Translations under genes and position numbers: made by a program
Part shown: piece by piece, positions 6,278 through 13,745 of the stretch
Layout of the letters: each line of letters begins with the position of its first letter
Numbering within the stretch: the stretch's first letter is position 1
Notes under the pieces: model-generated
What the model saw: only the letters and a program-made list of their open reading frames with translations
Database searches by the model: none
Told to the model about the DNA's origin: nothing
Assembly: GCA_034722055.1 (NCBI GenBank)
Contig: JAYENL010000115.1
Coordinates: 25,114-38,858, forward strand
Length of the DNA stretch: 13,745 nt
From: Armatimonadota bacterium
GTDB taxonomy: Bacteria; Armatimonadota; Zipacnadia; Zipacnadales; UBA5352
Direction: 5' to 3'

Positions 6278-8176
6278 GTGCGGATTGCAGCGCGCGCTAC
6301 CGCAGTGATCGCGATTGGGTGCCTGGTGGCGGGGTCAGCGTTAGCTCAGGCGGGAGCCCCGGACGCATCGGAGACCCCCGCGGCTCCGGCTGCCGCACAC
6401 ACCGCCGCCCGCGACCTGCAGGTCGCAAAGCCCCCCACCACTCCCGGCCCGGTACCCCCCGGCGAGGAGGAGGTGCCCACCGAGGACGCAGAGCGAGCCC
6501 TCGGGCTGGTGCCCTTCAATCACTGGGCGTATGACGCCGTCCAGATGCTGATGGACCGGGGCATCGTCATCGGCTACCCCAAGTCGGGCTTCCACGGAGA
6601 CCGGCCGCTGACCCGCTACGAGTTCGCCATGGCCATCTCGCGGCTGCTGCAGGTGCTGCGTGAGATGGAGCGGCCCGCCGTCCCCGGTGAGCAGGGGGCG
6701 CCCGGCGCCCGCGGCCCTCAGGGACCTCCCGGGCCTCAGGGCGAGCCCGGCGCGACCGGCCCACAGGGCCCCCAGGGCCCGCCGGGGCCGGAAGGGCAGC
6801 CAGGCCCCCCGCCTCCCGACGAGGAGGTGGCGGAGATCGTCGAGGACCTGGTGCGGGAGTTCCGCAAGGAGCTGGAGCTGGTCGCGGAGGGGGCCGGTCA
6901 GCTTCAGGGGGACGTCCTCAACCTCGACGAGCGGCTGCGCATCATTGAGAGCCGGCCGCGCTTCCCCGTCCCCATCGGCCTCATCGACTATCGCATTGGG
7001 ACGGTCTGCGGGGACATGGACCTCGACCACGAGTTCGACGCTCTCACTGTCAACCTGGGCCTGGAGGGCTACCTGAGCGAGCGTGAGGACCTCTACGGCC
7101 GCATCGCGCTGCAGATGGCGGACAATCGCCAGCCCCTGGCTGCCCTGGGCGTGGAGATCGGCGAGGCCGAGCGGCCCTATGCCCCGCCCGGCGACCGCCC
7201 CCATCCCGAGCTGGGGTACCTGGGCAATGACATCTACCTCGACGAGGCCTGGGTGCGCTTCCCGACCTCATGGCTTACGGACGCCACGTGGACCGTGGGG
7301 CGCCAGTTCCAGGCCTACGGTCTGGGGCTGGTCGTCAACAACGAGCGGCTCTCCCAGCAGGGGGTCCACTGCAAGATCGATCGCTTCCTGCTCGATGACC
7401 TCAACTTCCAGGGCTTCTTCGGCGGCGCCAACACGGGCTTCCTGTCAGAGCCGTGGTCCACGAACAATGATGGCTACGGGTCGCTCTACCTGGAGTACGT
7501 TCAGCCCCGCTGGTCAGTCGGCTTCCCGTGGCTGATCAACGGCTACTCCACGGATACCGCCGATGGCCGCCACTTCGATGAGGAGGCCCTGGGCTTCGAT
7601 ATCTGGTGGAACTGGTCCGGCGACCGCGATCTGTACTTCGAGTACGCCTACCAGAAGGGGCACTCCAACGGGGCCATCTACCGGCGCAACAACACCACCA
7701 ATCCCGAGGCCTACATACTCATCGCCGAGCTGTTCGACAGCGACGATCTGCTGCTTACCGGAGTCATCAGCGACGTAGAGGCGGAGTACGACATCATCTA
7801 CTCGTCGCTGCACCCCTACTACGAGCTGCTGTGCGATCCGGAGCACACCGGGCGCACCTTCCCCTACGAGCGCTGGCTGCGGCGGCCCCTCACCATCCCC
7901 AACCTTGAGGTGGTGGGCGGCCACGGCACGCTGCGCGCCATCGACAGCCGCTATCCCCTCGACTTCTTCTACTACGCGGTCTCGGCCAACAGCAACTGGT
8001 GGCAGGCCTCACCTCTGGAGGGCCTCTACTACAACAGGCTTTACGGGCTTCGGCTGCGCCACGAGCTGGCCGAGGACGTGGAGTGCAGCCTCACCTGGGG
8101 CCACCAGGAGCCGGTGAATGGACAGACCGACGATGACAGCAACCTGCTGCAGTTCCGCACACAGATAAGCTTCTGA
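6278..8176 (+). CDS. OmpM/SlpA-like outer-membrane tether: signal peptide, SLH domain, collagen-like (GXY)14, coiled coil, probable beta-barrel (632 aa)
   Basis: Signal peptide ending ALA-Q; SLH motif [24 protein letters not shown]...[15 protein letters not shown]; 14 GXY triplets at 6686-6811; heptad segment [10 protein letters not shown]...LDERLRIIE; aromatic-rich strands and C-terminal FRTQISF (beta-signal-like terminal Phe). Confidence 0.85.
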   Translation: MRIAARATAVIAIGCLVAGSALAQAGAPDASETPAAPAAAHTAARDLQVAKPPTTPGPVPPGEEEVPTEDAERALGLVPFNHWAYDAVQMLMDRGIVIGYPKSGFHGDRPLTRYEFAMAISRLLQVLREMERPAVPGEQGAPGARGPQGPPGPQGEPGATGPQGPQGPPGPEGQPGPPPPDEEVAEIVEDLVREFRKELELVAEGAGQLQGDVLNLDERLRIIESRPRFPVPIGLIDYRIGTVCGDMDLDHEFDALTVNLGLEGYLSEREDLYGRIALQMADNRQPLAALGVEIGEAERPYAPPGDRPHPELGYLGNDIYLDEAWVRFPTSWLTDATWTVGRQFQAYGLGLVVNNERLSQQGVHCKIDRFLLDDLNFQGFFGGANTGFLSEPWSTNNDGYGSLYLEYVQPRWSVGFPWLINGYSTDTADGRHFDEEALGFDIWWNWSGDRDLYFEYAYQKGHSNGAIYRRNNTTNPEAYILIAELFDSDDLLLTGVISDVEAEYDIIYSSLHPYYELLCDPEHTGRTFPYERWLRRPLTIPNLEVVGGHGTLRAIDSRYPLDFFYYAVSANSNWWQASPLEGLYYNRLYGLRLRHELAEDVECSLTWGHQEPVNGQTDDDSNLLQFRTQISF

Positions 8177-8196
8177 GCGATTCCCACACGGGCCCT

Positions 8197-8225
8197 GATG
8201 AAGCCCCGGTCATCGGGGCTCCATC
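8197..8225 (+). terminator. Hairpin after the SLH-porin gene (possible terminator or stabiliser)
   Basis: GATG-A-AGCCCCG-gtcat-CGGGGCT-C-CATC, 20 nt after the stop codon; lacks a U-tract. Confidence 0.4.
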
Positions 8226-8339
8226 CGTGTACCCACCTCAAGCATCCCCCTGCTCGTGCCGATGCCGCTGATGGCGGGGAGGGTTCAGGGCCCCGCCCGG
8301 CGGCAGTCGCCGTCCGCCGCCTCCCGGACTCCCCTGTCA

Positions 8340-8355
8340 TGGCACAGCGATTGCA
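8340..8355 (+). promoter_or_regulatory. sigma54 (-24/-12) promoter upstream of fliG
   Basis: TGGCAC-AGCGA-TTGCA matches the TGGCAC-N5-TTGC consensus with exact spacing. Confidence 0.85.
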
Positions 8356-8432
8356 TCACTGCTCGCGGGGAGGACTGTGCGCGGCGGCGCCCACGGCAGT
8401 GGGTTGAGACCGCCCTTCGGAGGGACCCGACT

Positions 8433-9416
8433 GTGCTCCAGCAGGCAGATCTGCGCAAGGCCGCAATCGTGCTGGCCAGCCTCGACGTCGATGCAGCCAT
8501 CGACATCTGCCGGCACATGCCGGACGTGGAGGCCGAGCAGCTCATCAGGTACATGGCGGATCTCGGCGCCGTGGACCCCGACGAGCAGCGCCAGGCCCTG
8601 GAGGACTTCCACGATTACCTTGCCCGCCCCGGGGGACTCCGCCCCGCCGAGCACGCCGAGCGCCTCATGGCCGAGGTCCTGGGCCAGCAGAGCCTCTCGG
8701 ACGAGGATGAGCGGCGCAGGGCGGCGGTGCGGCGCCTGCGGGGGCTCAACAGCGCCGAGCCGGCCTCCATCCGCCGCATGCTCTCGGAGGAGATGCCTCA
8801 GACCGTGGCGGTGGTCATCAGCCAGCTCACCCCCGAGAAGGCGGCCCAGGTGCTCAACCAGTGGCCGGCGGAGATCCGCTCCGACCTGGCGCTGCGGGTG
8901 GCGAAGATGGAGCGGCTGGCCCCCGGCGCTATCGAGGCCATCGGCGAGGTGCTGGGCCGGCAGGCCTATCGCGCCGAGGAGGCGGGACGCGGCGACCGCG
9001 GCCTGGAGTTCGTGGTTCGCCTCCTGGAGGACATGGACCGCAGCGCCAGCAAGCGCCTGCTCACGGAGCTGCGGGAGCGTGACGCCCAGCTTGCCGACGA
9101 GGTCGAGGACCGGCTGTTCACCTTCGAGAACGTGGTGCAGCTCGCCGATGCGGACCTGCAGGTGCTGCTGCGGGGCCTCGAGCACAAGACCATCGCTCGC
9201 GCTCTCAAGGGCGTGGACGAGTCCGTCAGGGAGCGCATCTTCGCCAACCTCTCCGAGCGCGGGCGCGAGATCCTGACGCAGGAGATCGAGTTCCTCGGCC
9301 CGGTGCTGGTCCGCGAGGTGGAAGCGGCCCAGAAGGCCTTCGTGCATCTGGCGCTGGAGCTGGAGCAGGCCGGCGAGATCACGCTGACCACCGACGAGGC
9401 GCAGTACATCGAGTAG
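8433..9416 (+). CDS. fliG: Flagellar motor switch protein FliG (about 327 aa)
   Basis: RKAAIVLASL N-terminus, EMPQTVAVVISQL (EHPQ-like), LFTFENV (MFxF-like), ALKG, IFANLSER, GPV..EVEAAQ. Start set at GTG 8433 after GGAGG (8419-8423), downstream of the sigma54 site. Confidence 0.92.
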   Translation: MLQQADLRKAAIVLASLDVDAAIDICRHMPDVEAEQLIRYMADLGAVDPDEQRQALEDFHDYLARPGGLRPAEHAERLMAEVLGQQSLSDEDERRRAAVRRLRGLNSAEPASIRRMLSEEMPQTVAVVISQLTPEKAAQVLNQWPAEIRSDLALRVAKMERLAPGAIEAIGEVLGRQAYRAEEAGRGDRGLEFVVRLLEDMDRSASKRLLTELRERDAQLADEVEDRLFTFENVVQLADADLQVLLRGLEHKTIARALKGVDESVRERIFANLSERGREILTQEIEFLGPVLVREVEAAQKAFVHLALELEQAGEITLTTDEAQYIE

Positions 9417-9434
9417 CCAGTCACGGGTGAGCGG

Positions 9435-10349
9435 ATGGTACAGGCAGCACGGACGATGGAGCCGGACGACGGTCGGGACGGTCGCCATGCCGCGCCGCGG
9501 GCCTATGACTTCCGCACCGGCAGCGAGCTGTCCCGGGAGGCGCTGTCACAGCTTCGCATCAACTGCGAGCGGCTGGCCGCGGTGCTCAACCGCATCATCA
9601 CCGCCTACCTCGACGCCCCCTCGCGGTTTGAGGTGGCCGGAACCGAGGGCCAGAGCCTTGAGCAGTTCCTGGCCGAGATGGGACAGAACCACGTGGTGGG
9701 CCTGGTGCAGTTTGCCCCCGCCCTCCCGCCGATGCTGTGGCAGATCGACGGGGAGCTCATCGGGCCGATCGTCGCCAGGATGCTCGGGGGGGACGCCGAG
9801 CGCATCGATCGGCCGGCCACTGCCCTGGAGGCGGCCCTGCTGCGGCGATTCACGCAGGAGATGCTGGACATCTGGGCCACCACCTGGGATCTGCTGGCCC
9901 GCCGCCGACCCCGGGTCACCGAGATGCTCACCGCCACCGCCCAGCTTCAGGGCAAGGTCGGCGAGGGTGAGACGGTGCGCATCAGGCTCGACGCGGAGAT
10001 CGCCGCCACCGCCGGCACCATGAACATCTGTCTGCCGGTGGGCGCCGCCCAGCGCCTGCTCGGGGAGCGGGAGCCGGCGGAGGAGCAGCGGGAGGTGGAC
10101 GGTCAGCGACTGCGCTCCGCCGGCCATCGCATCGTGGTGCCCGTCTCCGTCATCATGCACGAGACGAAGATCCCGCTCAGCGAGATCGTGCAGCTCACGG
10201 AGGGTGATGTCATCCCTCTGGGCAAGCCCGTGGATGAGCCCATGACGGTGGCGATCCGCGGCCAGCCCAAGTTCTACGCCCAGACCGGCATTCTCGGCGG
10301 TCGCCTGGCCGCTCGCCTCGTGGGGCCTGTCCCGGGGGGATCGAAGTGA
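9435..10349 (+). CDS. fliM: Flagellar motor switch protein FliM (lacks the N-terminal LSQxEIDALL motif)
   Basis: YDFR motif, CheC-like middle region (RMLGG...RPATALE), C-terminal SpoA/FliN-like domain (LSEIVQLTEGDVIPL...G.LGGRLAARL). Start could alternatively be ATG 9456. Confidence 0.88.
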   Translation: MVQAARTMEPDDGRDGRHAAPRAYDFRTGSELSREALSQLRINCERLAAVLNRIITAYLDAPSRFEVAGTEGQSLEQFLAEMGQNHVVGLVQFAPALPPMLWQIDGELIGPIVARMLGGDAERIDRPATALEAALLRRFTQEMLDIWATTWDLLARRRPRVTEMLTATAQLQGKVGEGETVRIRLDAEIAATAGTMNICLPVGAAQRLLGEREPAEEQREVDGQRLRSAGHRIVVPVSVIMHETKIPLSEIVQLTEGDVIPLGKPVDEPMTVAIRGQPKFYAQTGILGGRLAARLVGPVPGGSK

Positions 10350-10609
10350 CTCCGCGCAGGCCGCTCGAGCAGCTTGCCGAGGCGGTGCAATGCGGTGCCG
10401 GGCGTGTGCTGGTCGTGGCCGCCGATCCGGTCGTCCGCCGTGCACTGATCGAGCACCTGGAGGGCCTGGGGTACCAGGTCCGCACGGCCGCGACCCTCCG
10501 CGACGCCGCCGCGGGGCTCGCCGAGCGCTGGCCCGAGATCGTCGTGCTGGCCGACCCCGCCGACCAGCGCAACGGGCAATCCCAGGGACCGAACCCCGAC
10601 ACCGCCTGA
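10346..10609 (+). CDS. Small truncated receiver-like (CheY-fold fragment) protein, 87 aa
   Basis: GTGA start/stop overlap with fliM. RVLVVAADPVVRRALIEHLEGLGYQVRTAATLRDAAAGLAERWPEIVVLAD follows the beta1-alpha1-beta2-alpha2-beta3 pattern of receiver domains; the second half is missing. Could be a pseudogene. Confidence 0.6.
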   Translation: MTPRRPLEQLAEAVQCGAGRVLVVAADPVVRRALIEHLEGLGYQVRTAATLRDAAAGLAERWPEIVVLADPADQRNGQSQGPNPDTA

Positions 10610-10735
10610 CGGGCCCTCACATCGCCCTCCCCTGACCGGCGCCTCACATCCCGCACCGGGGACTCAAGTTCCGCGCGCGGATGCCGAGGTACTGACGAAC
10701 GTCAACCCCTGCATCCGCGAAAGGAAGTCCCGCAA

Positions 10736-12082
10736 GTGCTGCAACTCCGCAGTGAGGTGGTGGCGGCGGTCGATCAGGTCCCCAGCGTCAACTGCCAGCT
10801 CATCATGCGAAGCGAGCTGCTGGAGCTGCCCTATCTGGACCTTCTCGCGCGCGTGCGCGAGGAGGCGGAGGAGAACCCCGCCGTGGAGCTGGAGTACGAT
10901 CCGCCCTGCGAGATCCCCACGTTCTCGACCGGCCAGTACGTGCCTCCCCACGGCTGCGGAAACCGCCCGGCCGACCCCACGGCCCGGGCCCCGGCCGATC
11001 GCACCCTCCGCGAGGAGCTGCACCGGCGCATCGGCTGGGCGGCCGACGGCCGGCTCCGGGAGATCGCGCTGTATCTCATCGAGAACATCGACGATGGCGG
11101 CTACCTGACCACCACTCTCCTCGACGCGGCCTTCGAGCTTGATGCCGAGCCTGCGGAGGTGGAGGAGGCGCTGGGCGCGCTGCAATCGGTGGCGCCGCCC
11201 GGCGTGGGAGCGCGCGACCTGCAGGAGTGTCTGCTACTGCAGCTCGACGCCCTCTCCCACGTGCCGGACCACGTGCGGGCCGTTGTCGAGCACTGCGAGC
11301 AGGTGCTCGACGGCGATGGCGGGGCCAGCCTGCGCCGGTCGCTGGGGCTCACGCAAGCACAGTTCCGGGAGGCGCTGGAGCTGATACGCACGCGGCTCAC
11401 GCCGTACCCCGGCGAGCAGTTCCGGCCCCGCTGGCATCACCTGCTGCCCAACAACCGCCACGCCACGCACCCCGACGTGCTGCTGGTGTCGGCGGGAGAT
11501 CGCATCGAGGTGGAGCTGGCCACATCCCGGCGCATACACGTGCGCGTGGCGGAGGCCTACCGGCGGCTCGACGACCGCATGCGGGCGCTGAGCCTGCGGG
11601 CCGATGACGAGGCCACCAGTGCGGCCCGCGCACACGTCCGCGCCGCCAGGCAGCTCATCTGGTCGCTGCAGCAGCGGGAGCGGAGTCTTTACGCGATCAC
11701 CCGCGCCATCGTCGATCACCAGCGCGAGTTCATCCTTGAGGGCCCGCTGGCGCACCGGCCGCTGACGCACAAACGCATCGCCCAGGTCACCGGCTTGCAC
11801 GAGTCCACCGTCTCGCGGGCCACCATGGACAAGCTGGTCATGCTGCCCTCCGGCGACAGCGTGGCCTTCAGCGTCTTCTTCGACGACGCCCTCCCCGCCA
11901 AGACCGTGCTGCGCAGCCTCGTGGCCGGCGAGCCCGCCAGCTCCCCCTGGACTGATGAGGAGCTCCAGGAGCTGATGGCGGAGCGGGGCTTCGACATCGC
12001 TCGCCGGACGGTCAACAAGTACCGGCGGGCCCTGGGGATCCCCTCCTCGGGGCAGCGCCGGCGGATGTACCGCGCCGCGTGA
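10736..12082 (+). CDS. rpoN: RNA polymerase sigma-54 factor (448 aa)
   Basis: EEAEENPAVE, IENIDDGGYL, PPGVGARDLQECLLLQL, HTH region IAQVTGLHESTVSRA, RpoN box ARRTVNKYR; RBS AAGGA at 10721-10725. Confidence 0.95.
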   Translation: MLQLRSEVVAAVDQVPSVNCQLIMRSELLELPYLDLLARVREEAEENPAVELEYDPPCEIPTFSTGQYVPPHGCGNRPADPTARAPADRTLREELHRRIGWAADGRLREIALYLIENIDDGGYLTTTLLDAAFELDAEPAEVEEALGALQSVAPPGVGARDLQECLLLQLDALSHVPDHVRAVVEHCEQVLDGDGGASLRRSLGLTQAQFREALELIRTRLTPYPGEQFRPRWHHLLPNNRHATHPDVLLVSAGDRIEVELATSRRIHVRVAEAYRRLDDRMRALSLRADDEATSAARAHVRAARQLIWSLQQRERSLYAITRAIVDHQREFILEGPLAHRPLTHKRIAQVTGLHESTVSRATMDKLVMLPSGDSVAFSVFFDDALPAKTVLRSLVAGEPASSPWTDEELQELMAERGFDIARRTVNKYRRALGIPSSGQRRRMYRAA

Positions 12083-12089
12083 TCCACGC

Positions 12090-12105
12090 TGGCACGGCAA
12101 TTGCA
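12090..12105 (+). promoter_or_regulatory. sigma54 (-24/-12) promoter upstream of flgB
   Basis: TGGCAC-GGCAA-TTGCA, consensus match, 7 nt after the rpoN stop codon. Confidence 0.88.
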
Positions 12106-12147
12106 GATGCGCGGTGGAGGCGGACACGACCCGCCTGGAGGGGAAGC

Positions 12148-12534
12148 ATGGCTGACGGAGTATCCCTGGACCTCACCACCAGGCTGCTGCACGCGGCACT
12201 GAGCTGCACCGCCGCGCAGCAGCGCCTGGCCGCCAACAACCTCGCCAACGTTGAGACGCCCGGCTACGTGGCACATCGAGCCAGCTTCCAGGACCGCCTG
12301 CAGGCGGCGCTGGACGCGGAGCGCCGGGGGCGCTCGGAGGGCGCCCTCCAGGGCGTTCGGCCGGACGTGACCCCGGCCCCCGAGCCGCCCGGCCCCGACG
12401 GCAACAACGTCAACCTGGAGGCCGAGATGGTGGGGCTGGCGGAGGCCACCACCCGCTACGAGGTCCTCAGCCGCATGCTCGACCGCAAGCTGGAGATGAT
12501 CGGAGTCGCCATCGGCGACGGGAGGCAGGGCTGA
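12148..12534 (+). CDS. flgB: Flagellar basal-body rod protein FlgB (about 128 aa)
   Basis: ANNLANVETPGY and DGNNVNLEAEM motifs. Start set at ATG 12148 after GGAGG (12137-12141). Confidence 0.93.
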   Translation: MADGVSLDLTTRLLHAALSCTAAQQRLAANNLANVETPGYVAHRASFQDRLQAALDAERRGRSEGALQGVRPDVTPAPEPPGPDGNNVNLEAEMVGLAEATTRYEVLSRMLDRKLEMIGVAIGDGRQG

Positions 12535-12536
12535 CC

Positions 12537-12953
12537 ATGGGAGTATTCGGCGCGCTGCGACTGAGCGGATCGGCGCTGCAGGCCGAGCGCACTCGCATGG
12601 ACGTGATCGCCGAGAACATCGCCAACGTGGAGACCACGCGGGCCGGCGACGGTGAGCCGTATCGCCGGCGACAGGTGGTTCTGCGCACCTTCCAGGTGGG
12701 CCGCGCGCCCGGCGGGGAGAGCCTGGCAGGCGTGCGCGTGGCGGACCTCGAGCCCGACCTCTCGCCGCTGCCGCGGCTCCACAACCCCAGCCACCCGGAC
12801 GCCGACCCCGACGGCTACGTGCTCATGCCCAACGTGGACCTGCCGACGGAGATGGCGGACATGGTCCTCGCCGCGCGAGCCTACGAGGCCAACGCCGCGG
12901 CCTTCAAGTCCGGGCGCGAGATCATCCGCCAGGCCCTCAGCATCCTGGCGTAG
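12537..12953 (+). CDS. flgC: Flagellar basal-body rod protein FlgC (138 aa)
   Basis: RMDVIAENIANVETT, PYRRRQV, PSHPDADPDGYVLMPNVD, EMADMVLAARAYEAN. Confidence 0.95.
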   Translation: MGVFGALRLSGSALQAERTRMDVIAENIANVETTRAGDGEPYRRRQVVLRTFQVGRAPGGESLAGVRVADLEPDLSPLPRLHNPSHPDADPDGYVLMPNVDLPTEMADMVLAARAYEANAAAFKSGREIIRQALSILA

Positions 12954-12965
12954 GAGGTTCCGCCC

Positions 12966-13310
12966 ATGCGCATCGACACCGGCTCCGTGCCGCTTCCCAT
13001 CCGCCAGCCCCACGGCGACGCGGCCATGCCTCTGTCCGGCCCCCGTCCGCTGGCCCAACCCGCCCGGCCGGTCGAGACCGACGCGGTCGGCGGAGGCTTC
13101 GCCACGCTGCTGCGAGAGGCGCTCCATCGCGTGAACGAGAGCCAGCAGGCGGCGGACCTGGCCGTCGAGCGAGTGGCCACCGGCAGGGCCGAGGACCTCC
13201 ACGAGGCGGTCATCGCCCTCGAGAAGGCCGACCTCACGCTGCGGCTCACCGCCCAGGTGACCCAGCGTGCCGTGGAGGCCTACAAGGAGATCTCACGGAT
13301 GCAACTGTGA
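12966..13310 (+). CDS. fliE: Flagellar hook-basal body protein FliE (114 aa)
   Basis: FATLLREALHRVNESQ, DLHEAVIALEKADLTL, AVEAYKEISRMQL; RBS AGGAGG; follows flgC. Confidence 0.93.
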   Translation: MRIDTGSVPLPIRQPHGDAAMPLSGPRPLAQPARPVETDAVGGGFATLLREALHRVNESQQAADLAVERVATGRAEDLHEAVIALEKADLTLRLTAQVTQRAVEAYKEISRMQL

Positions 13311-13323
13311 CGCGCCGGCCATA

Positions 13324-13520
13324 GCCCGTTTCACAACGTCGCGTAGGGCCCGCTTCACAACTCGCGTAGGTCGGGCATCCTTGTCCGACGCCCGCGTAGG
13401 TCGGGCATCCTTGCCCGACAGCACCCCGTGAGACCGGCTCCCAGCCGGCCACGCCCTCCATCGCAGGCTGGAAGCCTGCGCCACGGAGTTAGGGTCGCAG
13501 GCCGGGAGCCTGCGCCACGG
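13324..13520. repeat. Cluster of REP-like palindromes (BIME/REPIN-like)
   Basis: Two GTAG-GTCGGGCA-TCCT-TG(T/C)CCGAC units on + (13366-13389, 13396-13419); two GTGG-CGCAGGCT-(T/C)CC-(A/G)GCCTGCG units on - (13462-13484, 13496-13518); tandem GCCCG(T/C)TTCACAAC(G)TCGCGTAGG x2 (13324-13370); CCGGCT-CCC-AGCCGG hairpin at about 13434-13448. Confidence 0.8.
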
Positions 13521-13721
13521 GAGAGAGGCCAGTGGTGACTTGCGCAATTCCGCGTATGTTGACGACGAGCACACTCGGCGCTTGGTTGCGTTGGAGATGA
13601 GGGGCGTGCCTGATGGAGGGGCCGCCAGGCGCGCAGCGCCCGGCGAGCCCTGTGAGCGTCGTGAACGGGCCGAAGGTTCCACCCCGGCCCGGCACGTAGC
13701 TCTACCCAAGGCCTAAACGGC

Positions 13722-13743
13722 GCGCAGGCGGGGGCGCCTGCGC
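13722..13743. repeat. REP-like hairpin GCGCAGGCG-GGGG-CGCCTGCGC
   Basis: Perfect 9-bp stem; same family as 4731-4752. Confidence 0.6.
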
Positions 13744-13745
13744 TG

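Noticed and set aside
8256..8432. FliG start at 8256 (and likewise FlgB start at 12079)
   Set aside because: Both extensions would contain the sigma54 promoters; downstream starts have good RBSs and give typical protein lengths.
10692..10730. Hammerhead ribozyme (CTGACGA...GAAA)
   Set aside because: Stem II and stems I/III cannot be formed around the core.
13590..13710. Group II intron domain V/VI (GAGCC...CTCTAC)
   Set aside because: No domain V hairpin with the correct pairing and length, and no RT gene; the region is better described as degenerate palindromic repeats.

Overview
High-GC window, probably from an Armatimonadota-like diderm bacterium (inferred from a DUF1559/H-X9-DG prepilin-like gene and an SLH-anchored beta-barrel). 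Left (1-2034, minus strand): six CCA-encoding tRNAs in the order Ser(GCT), Arg(CCG), Arg(GCG), Arg(CCT), [prepilin-like CDS], Ser(CGA), Ser(GGA), behind a sigma70-type promoter. Each tRNA-Ser, and no tRNA-Arg, has a tandem array of a 10-bp repeat fused to its CCA end. Middle (2051-6167): three minus-strand genes (aldo/keto reductase, membrane-anchored GspG-like protein, Gfo/Idh/MocA oxidoreductase) bracketed by two direct copies of a self-complementary MITE-like element. Right (6200-13745, plus strand): an OmpM/SlpA-like SLH-collagen-coiled-coil-beta-barrel protein, then a flagellar cluster fliG-fliM-(truncated pseudo-receiver)-rpoN and flgB-flgC-fliE. Each flagellar block has a consensus sigma54 promoter, and a REP-like palindrome cluster follows fliE. 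The most unusual signals are the tRNA-Ser-specific decamer arrays, the tRNA-Arg(GCG), the apparently chemotaxis-uncoupled flagellar switch with its own sigma54, and the collagen-stalked OmpM. All calls are by eye; no database search was run.
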